Assembly: GCA_964016885.1 (NCBI GenBank)
Contig: OZ024740.1
Span: forward strand, 148,366,001-148,430,000
Reading direction: 5' to 3'
Source of the DNA: Eledone cirrhosa
Taxonomy: Eukaryota
DNA: 64,000 nucleotides
A program made the translations under genes and the position numbers. The notes under the pieces were generated by a model. It was not told the origin of the DNA. It did not search any database and saw only the letters and a program-made list of their open reading frames with translations. Positions 53,504-64,000 of this stretch are shown here, piece after piece (the first letter of the stretch is position 1; each line of letters begins with the position of its first letter).

Positions 53504-53689
53504 TGTTTCTACTTTAGGCACAAGGCCAGCAATTACCCAGTGCATTACTGGTACTTTTATTTTATCGACCCCGTAAGGATGAAAGGCAAAGTCAACCTCG
53601 GCGGGATTTGAACTCAGATCGTAAAGGGACGTAAATATGCTGGAAAGCATGGCGTCCGACCCTCTACCGATACTGCCAATCCACCGCCC
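53504..53689 (-). mobile_element. tRNA-derived SINE with an 18-bp target-site duplication
   Basis: ttacaaaagtttaataat on both sides (53486-53503 and 53690-53707), with intact B-box and core. Confidence 0.92.
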
Positions 53690-53707
53690 TTACAAAAGTT
53701 TAATAAT

Positions 53708-55984
53708 GCTTTATCTTCTAATCCTTTATGATAGAATTAATGTTAAAATGAGGGACACTCGTTTGATAACTTGTTTACTTGATAAGTATGCATACCTTAT
53801 GATTTTTTGGATATTTATAATTTTGATTCAGATCTTTATTTTTATCTGTCTCTGTTTTAAGTATATAGTTTGGACATTTAACTTGTAAATTTACTGATTA
53901 TAATTGAACTTTAGAGCATTCATGCGTTTGCATATTTTATATATTTTATATATTTTATATATTTTATTTTATTTTATTTTATATATTTTACTCATTTTGA
54001 GTGGGTTTTTTGGGACCCAGATAGTTAGATTTGCATTTGTTTTTCTATGTATATCTAGGTATAAATATAACAAACCATAATAGCCGACAAATATTGGTCT
54101 ATCTCTTCACTGAACTGGAGGTAAAACTACAATTATAGCATTAATAATAATGATTATAATTATTATTTTTATTAAATGTATACCGTTTCATGAATACCTA
54201 TAAAAATATCTCTTTATAGTTATACAAATGTCTTTATCTAGTGTAACAACATAATCGTAGTTACATTTATAAATAATTTAGACACTCATATGACTTTATA
54301 TTGTTATAAGTGTTTGATATTCCCTGGTAGGTCGAACTTATATAATCATTTAATTTAACTTACTTTATTTTATTTTAATTTAATTAAATTTAGATTACCT
54401 TCGGCTTTTTCAAATATTTAGCTCCTCTTTGTATCACATTTGCTAAAATATTTTAGATGTATTTTTCTATACTATATTAAAACCCTATTGCATTTATGGA
54501 TACTCAAATGACTTTATATTGTTATAAGTGTTTGATATTCCCTGGAAGGTAGAACTTATATAATCATTTACTTAATATAATATCATTTAATTTAACTTAT
54601 TTTATTTTATTTTATCTTAATTAAATTTAGATTACCTTCGGCTTTTTCAGATATTTAGCTCCTCTTTATATCACATTCACTAAAATATTTTAGATATATC
54701 TTTTCTATACTATATTAAAACCCTATTGCATTTATAATATAATATATTTTTAATATTGGGCACCGTTAAGTGTCGCAAACAATTCATTTTCGTTTATTTG
54801 TCTATTTATTTTGTATCTAGTCCCTATCATTAAGACTCATAAAGTTTTGACTTATATCTTTATAGTGTAAATCAACTAAATGAAAATAATTGATATAAAA
54901 CATTAATTCTTTCGCAATATTTTTAACTATATATATTTTTGAACAATATTTTCAGTAACCTGAATTTACTATATTGCATTATTGCATTATTATATTATAT
55001 TATATATATTTGAAAGGTATCACCTCATTATTGCATTATTATATTATATATATATTTGAAAGGTATCACCTCAATTATAAACAAATAATAAACTATAATC
55101 TTTCTATTTTTTGATCGATACATATATATAATTAAAAACTCGGACCTCTTTAAGTTTAGTTATAAGGCCGGTTGATACTGTAGGCATTCAAACTTTTTAA
55201 CAATAAATTCTTTAATAATTATAACTATAATTATTTTATAAATTATATTATAGAAACTGTTGTCAATATTATAAATAATTTTGGTATAGATTACCTTCGT
55301 GAAGATAGAAAAACATTATAGGTATTTTCTTTCTTGTGTTTCGTAAATCCTTAAATTTGTTTTCTTAAAATTTGAATTTTAGAAATTAAACATAATTATC
55401 TTATAATATTAATACAAATATCTATTAACTCTTAAAACCTAAAATATTATTCTTTACCCTGAAATAACTTAAATTAAATATTTTGAAAATTAACCGCCAA
55501 CTATATTATTTTGGACGTATTACAAATATGGGAATATGGAAATCAGTGTATATAAACTTGAACATAAATTACTCCTCTTTGTCTCTCTGTCTCTTTAATC
55601 ATCTTTCATCTGTTTTTTCGAGCCACCTACTAAATATATTATCACATCAGCTGTTTCTTCCTCTAAGCTTTCTTCTCCCTCCTCTTTCTCCAGTAGCTTT
55701 TAAAATTAAAATTTTATAACTGTTATATTGATGCCATATATTTCTTAAACTCTATCACACTCTATTTCTTAAACTCTATCACTCTCTATTGTTTGTAGTA
55801 TGTTATCTCATCTTCTCAATATTAGGGAATAAATATTGAGGTTTGTCATAAGTTAATCACTACCATGACTAAGTCGTAACCATCTAATATGTCAGGATAT
55901 GTGATGTATCATTTTATTTTATCTGATGAGGACGTACTGTTCAACTTAACTCAGTACCTCTGAAATATGTATAATAAAATAAAA
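53708..55984 (+). mobile_element. Very AT-rich putative PLE 3'/pLTR region ending in a hammerhead
   Basis: Terminal hammerhead of the same GAAA-tatgta-TA type as at 17976. Internal tandem duplication 54290-54496 / 54508-54734. The 5' boundary is uncertain. Confidence 0.45.
55912..55984 (+). ncRNA. Type-I hammerhead ribozyme motif
   Basis: ttttattttat-CTGATGA-ggacgtactg..cagtacctct-GAAA-tatgta-TA-ataaaataaaa. Confidence 0.8.
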
Positions 55985-56175
55985 ACTCACGAACTTACGA
56001 TTGTGAGCCGAATATCCTAACCACATATACATATATATTTATATATATATATGTATGTGTGAGTATGTGTGTGTGTGTTATAAGTATGCGTGACCGTGCG
56101 CATGTATAAATGTATGTGTGTGTATGAATGAATATGAGCATATATATTATTGTATGTTTGCATTTGCCACCCAAC

Positions 56176-56286
<111 letters not shown>

Positions 56287-57369
56287 AGGTGTATTATTGG
56301 TTGAGTCAAAACGGTCCAATAAACTTTTGTTAGCAATATTAAGTTCTCCACGCTTTTGTATATCTCCAATTCCATTTATGGGAACAGCTAGATGATGTAA
56401 AACGGAGTATTTGTATCAAAATAAAATTTCGATGGCATGGTATAAATTTCCAAACATTTTAATCACGACACATGTCTCAATAAGAGATATATCGATCGTG
56501 CGGCCATGATCGATTGTCACTGATCTCGTCAGGTGAAAATGAATTGTCTTCAAATCCTTGATATGAGGGAGAAAATTTAACTATGTTCACTCACTAGAGT
56601 TTTGTCCCCCATATTTTGATATAAATATATATGTATATATATATATAAGTATGTATATATATATATATATTGTTGTGATGATGATATGTTGTGTATGGGA
56701 GCGATTTTAAGAACAGCAGCTTTAAAATATATGTACTCTTCATCAGAGACATCTCTGCTTTTTACTCCCCACCTCTTCTTTTTTTCTACACGAACATATG
56801 CGCGTGTGCGTGTCTATGTGTGTGTGTGTGCGTGTTTGTGTGTACGTGTTTGTGTGAGCGTGTATGAGTGTATGTGTATATGTGTGTGCCTGTGTATGTG
56901 TAAATGTGTGTGTGTGTGTTTGTGTATTCTTCAGAAATTGACGGGGTCTTAAAACCAGTCCGGGCAATTGCCACTTAAAATGTGGGCCCATATGATTTTC
57001 AGCTTTTTTTTTTTTGTATTATGCCAAAATGCCCTTATGGTCAGTTACCCCTCTAGTATTCTAGAATGTGTGAGTATGTACGAGTGTGTGTTTATGCGCT
57101 TATTTCTTTGGTTGTTTTTTGTTTTCATGATAATTAAGACCAAGGTTCCTTTCAGTAGTTGTCGGTTAGTTAAATATTGTGAAGCTCTGTTTGAGTGACC
57201 GACCAACGTTTTGCTTAAGACTTATATATATATATATATACATATTCACTACGCCAGTATTGTTTTGATCTGTTATCTACTATACTAATCGATACACCCG
57301 ACGCTATTTTTCAATGTTTGCTTGCATGTTTGTGTAATTTGAAGTGGCAGTCAATACAACATCAGATAT

Positions 57370-57490
57370 TGCTTTGTCTTATTCGTTCCGGCTCTCTGCG
57401 GTCCCAGTTCAAATACAGCCGAGGTTTCCTTAGTTTTTCGTTCTTTCGTGACCGATAAACAATATACAAGTCCAGTATTAGGATCGATAT
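57370..57490 (+). mobile_element. tRNA-derived SINE, decayed
   Basis: agttcaaatacagccgaggtttcc..ttctttcgtgaccgataaa. Confidence 0.5.
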
Positions 57491-57812
57491 TTTCTCTATT
57501 TCTCACTTTCTCTACAGGAAGAAATCAGCTATGTTTAGATGGGGTCCTCCAAGATAATAATGCGTAAGGCACGACGCATATTTTATAGAGCATCTCCAAT
57601 TCCAACTGGATAACACGATAAGCAAAAAAGATGAGGCATAAGTTATGTGTCGGTGTGAGTATTTGAGCAATCAGTGACCAATGACCAGCGACAAGCAATA
57701 GATTTAATTTGAAATGTATATACATCCTCAAAACATTCAGAACAAATATAAATGTCAACTCTATCACTTTAGCTACGGCAATAATTATACGGCTACTGGA
57801 ATTACACTACTT

Positions 57813-57844
<32 letters not shown>

Positions 57845-57879
57845 TGTATAGACAGCGTGAGATACTCTGATAGGCATAT

Positions 57880-59660
57880 CACACATGAGCGCGACAAGTA
57901 ACATGTAACCCAGTACAACCTGTCCCACATGGTCGGGTCGTCGGTGACTAAACTGGCAACCACATCTAACTTGCTTGGGGAGGAGGGTAACTTTTGAACA
58001 GCCTGCGGGATGAAAAACAAATCTCGTCAAAGGGCGGTGGATCTTGGGAGAGTCAATGTCAATCCAATAATTTGTATATATGTATATTTATCTGTATATC
58101 TTTATATATCTGTATGTATTTTTTCATATTTATATGTATATTATGTATTTATGTTTCTATCTATTTTGCATATATATAAATGTTTGTGTATGATTTTATG
58201 CATTTGCAGCCTCTCAATATATCGACATTATCTATATTCAAGACCACTGCATATATCATGAAAATCTTGATCTCAAATATTAAGAATATGAAAAAGGATG
58301 GACTATGGTTTCAGCTTCAGAATGGAAACATTCAATCAATTTCACAACTGGACAACGCACAACAAAAGCTTTAAATTGTATTGAAAAATTTCACCCCCAA
58401 ATATAATGGTAATCCCAAACTCACAATCATTTTATGTTACAGTCTCACATTCGTCTCCCTCGAAGAGTATGTCACCAAATGTTATGATAGCCTTTCAAAC
58501 AATTTAAAGATATACCCTAACATAACCTCAAAATAGTTAGTGAAGATATGAAAGCACACCTTGGACAATATATTATGCATAGATACGCAACATATATCAC
58601 TTACAAATAGAAATGGAAACTACCTAGATGAATACACAAACGTGAATGGACCCATTTGCCTAAACACAAAATTTCAGAAAAACAAAAGAAAAGCTCCTAA
58701 TGTTAATAAGCTTCAAATGGTACTGAATTGCAACTAGAGTAAATGGATTTATAGTGAGGCTTACATGTCTTGCTGTAGTTTCAATTCTGACCGTAAAATG
58801 CTTACAGCAAAGATTTGACTAAGATTTCGAAAGAAATAGCTTTATCTCCCTCCTTCACATATCCAATGGTATAACACCAAACACAAGATATGAGATGTTC
58901 TTTAGAACACAAAAATGCTGCAGCAAAGCATATTCCAACAAAATCTAAAGTAAGAAAACATGTTCCATGGAAAAAACAACAGATAAGACAAGCATTCATA
59001 GAAGCTGATCTAATAAGCAGAAACCCTTCTCTATAGACTTTAACATTAAGCCAGATATTGGTCTTCATGTTAAATCAGACAAAACAAAATACAAAAGATT
59101 AAATCAAAATGGAACAATCAAAACAGTATCCGCCACACCTCTAAAGTGTGTAGAAACATTTACTTATCTGGATAGTAAAGTCTTTAGCTGTGAAAGCGAT
59201 GTAAACACATGAATTGGTAAGGACTGAGGAGCCAAGTTATCTGTAGTGTGGAAATCTAGACTTCTATACGACTGTTACCTCTGTTCTATTGTATGGCTGC
59301 TCGGTATTGACTCTTACCTCAAAACTGGAAAGAAGATAAAATGGAGTCTACACCCGCATACTATGAGTAGCTTTGAATGTCACTTCGATAGATCGTTTCA
59401 CAAATGGGTATCCTATGGGAACCTTTGTCCAATATCAGACATCACCAAAGAACGTAGTCAGATTTGCTGGGCATTGTTGGAGAGCTGAAGATGAAATTGT
59501 TAGTGAAATTCTTTTGTGGGAACCTACCATAGGAAGATCTAGTAGATACCTATATCAAGTAGATTTGTCACGACATAAACTGCAATTCCTCGGACGTGCC
59601 GAATATGATGAACAATAGAATTTGATGGCGACAGAGAATCAATGGAATCCATGCAGACAG
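57880..59660 (+). mobile_element. Decayed RTE-clade LINE (5' leader plus deleted APE-RT remnants)
   Basis: Leader shared with 61752. Motifs VETFTYLDS, LYGCS.LTL, GVYTRIL and RFAGHCWR..EIVSEILLWEP. Confidence 0.75.
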
Positions 59661-59996
59661 AGTAACCTATTGAGAAAGATCGCAGCCATACAATCTGCAA
59701 AGATGACTGTCTTCAACAAGGTGGGGAGGGGAAACAAATTAGATAATATAGTTCTAGAAACTTGTTTTAAAAACAAAGCAATAGGATGGTCACAATTGAA
59801 ACGTGTATGTTCTAGATCACGACTGTGTTGGACTTAAACAATTACAACTTTGTTTATTATTTTTGTTTTATTTTAAAATATCATACGATTCGACTGCACG
59901 TATGTGTGTATGTATGTATGTATGTATGTATGTATGTATGTATGTATGTGTGTATGTATGTATGTATGTGTGTATGTACGTATGTATGTATGTATG

Positions 59997-60342
59997 TTAT
60001 CTCTTTCTCTTAATTTCGAGTATATTTTTTGGACTGGCCACCTTCCTGGTGGCAAGGTTGTAAAAGAAAAGAAATTGTCATCCCTTGAATCGCAAGAATG
60101 TTTTGCAAATTTTGAAGGTGCCAGCTATCGCAACCATTTGCAGACTATGAATTAGGGAGCTGCGCTCTTTGCCGCAAATCAAAGTTCAGTCATACTTTGG
60201 TCCAAGCGGGTTGGTATATAACCCGTAGCTCCAATAATGATGGGTATGAAGCTAAAGGTGTATCTTGGATACTGGATTTGTAAACTCCTCATCAATGGTC
60301 CGTAGATGTCATCCTTCTGTATTTTTCTGACAAAGTTTACAT
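59997..60342 (-). mobile_element. Short 3' copy of the R4/Dong element, in (TATG)n
   Basis: Near-identical to 45216-45564, with (TATG)n on both flanks. Confidence 0.9.
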
Positions 60343-60465
60343 TATGTATGTGTGTATGTATGTATGTATGTATGTATGTATGTATGTATGTATGTATGTA
60401 TGTATGTATGTATGTATGTATATACATATATATATATATATATATATACATTTATATATATGTAC

Positions 60466-60518
<53 letters not shown>

Positions 60519-60519
60519 C

Positions 60520-60912
<393 letters not shown>

Positions 60913-60956
60913 TAATCTTCTATACACAATCATACACACCCGTGTATATTTACCTA

Positions 60957-61726
<770 letters not shown>

Positions 61727-61751
61727 CAAAGATAAATTAATATAAAGTATG

Positions 61752-62391
61752 TCAGGTCACCAGTTGGTGCTACTGGTAACATGTATCCCAGTACAACCTG
61801 TCTCATGGTCGGGTCGTTGGCGACTAAACTGGCAACCCCACCAAGGTCTCTTGGTGAGGAGGGTGACTGGACATCTTGCAGGACTAAAAACAAAACCTGT
61901 CAAAGGGCAAAGGAGCTCTTAAGAGTCAATGGCCATCCAAAATCACCGGGAGAGATGACCCCTTAGCCTTTGTCAAGGCAGAATTCTAGGAGAAGGAAAA
62001 CTCTGATGTAACACCTGCAACCCTGATGGTATCCAATGATGTTGACTTGTTCTTCTTTTTGGTAAACATCATCTTGGTTAAGAGAGTGGGACTGGCTTTG
62101 TGCAGTGCCTTTGCTCACTATAAAAGCTTCACGGCACAGAAATTGCTTTGTATCTGGAGATCTCTCTGCACTTGTCGTCACATGGTACCATGGGCCGAGC
62201 ACTATGTGTCAATAATAGTCACAAGTGTAGTGTCTGTACCAGAGTTTTCAAGTCGCTGGCTGGACTAAAAAGTCACATTCGTTCAGCGCATCGGTAGGGG
62301 TTCTCCTACATGGATATAAAGTAGTGGCCGTACTCGAAAACGAGTTGGCAGCCACCATGTATGTATGTATGTATGTATGTATGTATGTATG

Positions 62392-62420
<29 letters not shown>
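61752..62420 (+). mobile_element. Non-autonomous RTE derivative (5' leader joined to 3' end) with a (TATG)n tail
   Basis: The 5' part matches 57895-58055 and the 3' part matches 46848-47068. (TATG)n runs 62358-62420. Confidence 0.75.
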
Positions 62421-62422
<2 letters not shown>

Positions 62423-62930
62423 TTGTGGTTTTACAATTTTATGAATGTTTACCAATAGAGTGAGAGTCCGTTTCTAACATAGATACAAGATTCTTCCATT
62501 GGAATGTAAACAACATCAACTAGGTAGGTATCTCTGCATGTCTGCATGCGTATGTGTGCAGGTATGAGTGTTATTTTACGTGTGGATGTGTATATTTTGA
62601 GTTATATGTGTGCATGTTCATATGGTGTGTATCTGGATATGTGTACATGCAGTTATTACATGCAGAATTTTTGGAATGCTTTACATATTTTTATTGTTCC
62701 ATTAATGGATTGGACTTGTAATTTCCTAACTAGTCGTGTGTTTCTGGTTCTGTGAAGCTCAACTTCTCAAGGCAGTTACTAACATATCGCAGTGCCCCAA
62801 TAATCACAGGTATAAATCTGAAGGTCTAGTCAAGGTGGAGTAACTGCAGATTCCTCATTATTTCTGCATAGATATTCTCCTTTTCGTTAATCTTTAATAT
62901 TATATTGGCATCTGCATTAACTTCCACCAC
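62421..62930 (-). mobile_element. Third R4/Dong-like 3' fragment (divergent subfamily)
   Basis: [37 protein letters not shown] parallels the RLE C-terminus at 45297-45605. The presumed 3' end abuts (TATG)n. Confidence 0.7.
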
Positions 62931-62999
62931 TATATGTCTCTCTGTATGTCTGTCTGTCTGTCTGTCTGTCTGTATATATATATATATATATATATATAC

Positions 63000-63114
<115 letters not shown>

Positions 63115-63275
63115 TATACCGTTAATTAATTGAAATATGCTTATTGGTGCGCACATTTTAATTATCGATATCTTAAGTAAAAGAACATTAGAACAAACAA
63201 AAATAATGCATATCTTATAATGATAAATGTGTACACAAATATACATGTAAAAATATACAGTATTTCTATCTGACA

Positions 63276-63451
<176 letters not shown>

Positions 63452-63559
63452 CTTTATTCATATTAATTCATTTTATTGTCATTAGATCAGGGTAATTATA
63501 TGTATCATTTGAGTTACATTATCAATAATTAATATATAATAAATATTGAAGTAAAAATA

Positions 63560-64000
63560 TTAATTCCTAATTTTGTCAAGGTGTTGGGGAAAGAAATGAC
63601 GATTACATTGTCCGCAGTACATGACTGTTATTTTTTCATTGTTCCCCGAAAGAATGAATGGCAATTTTGACCTCACCTAGATTTGAACTCCGAATGTGTA
63701 ACTAAATGCTTTTAAACCATTTTATACGACGCTGAAATAATTTAGCCAATCCACCACTCCTACGAAAGTAAAATTAATACACAACGACACTCACTGAGAC
63801 ACACATAAAGCAAGAAAATAATTTTTTCTAATTTAGGCACAAGGCCAGCAATTTGAAGGGAGGGGGGGAGTCGATTAAATGGACGCCAGTGCGTTATTGG
63901 TGCTTTATTTATCAACCCCGTAAGGATAAAAGGCAAAGCTAACCTCGGCAGGATTCGACCTCAGAATGTAAAGGGCCGTAACTCTATGCCACAAAGCATG
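63560..64000 (-). mobile_element. Two tRNA-derived SINE copies (63560-63760 and 63825-end)
   Basis: gatttgaactcc, and ggcacaaggccagc..ttatcaaccccgtaaggataaaaggcaaagctaacctcggc. Confidence 0.75.

Noticed and set aside
53708-55900. Possible mitochondrial insertion (NUMT): very AT-rich, with aagtcgtaac and accgccaa resembling rRNA motifs
   Set aside because: The two motifs are short and on inconsistent strands, and I saw no mitochondrial ORF or tRNA. The region ends in a PLE-type hammerhead. BLASTN against mollusc mitogenomes would settle it.

Overview
AT-rich, microsatellite-dense eukaryotic DNA made almost entirely of transposable-element sequence. The SINE and simple-repeat landscape looks like a cephalopod (octopus-like) genome, but that assignment is an inference. 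I could not recognise any host protein-coding exon. Main contents: (1) a near-intact ~5.6 kb L1/Tx1-type LINE (ORF1 with a CCHC knuckle; APE-RT ORF2 broken by one in-frame TAA) plus three decayed relatives; (2) two Penelope-like element (PLE, Neptune-type GIY-YIG) remnants; (3) three R4/Dong-type RLE LINE fragments that abut (TATG)n; (4) RTE and CRE fragments, a decayed Chapaev3-like DNA transposon, a head-to-tail non-autonomous Helitron array, a Helitron helicase remnant, many tRNA-derived SINEs and a 17-bp minisatellite. The most striking unannotated layer is RNA structure. Eight type-I hammerhead ribozyme motifs (one with a degenerate core) plus one truncated copy can be read directly from the sequence, mostly at the ends of elements sitting in or beside (TA)n tracts, often with inverted (fold-back) duplications. 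A ~550-bp non-coding tandem element, present at two loci, carries a covarying motif with all three hammerhead core strands in a non-canonical, pseudoknot-requiring order; this is the best candidate for a previously undescribed ribozyme/retrozyme system. All structures were paired by eye and none was computed or tested.
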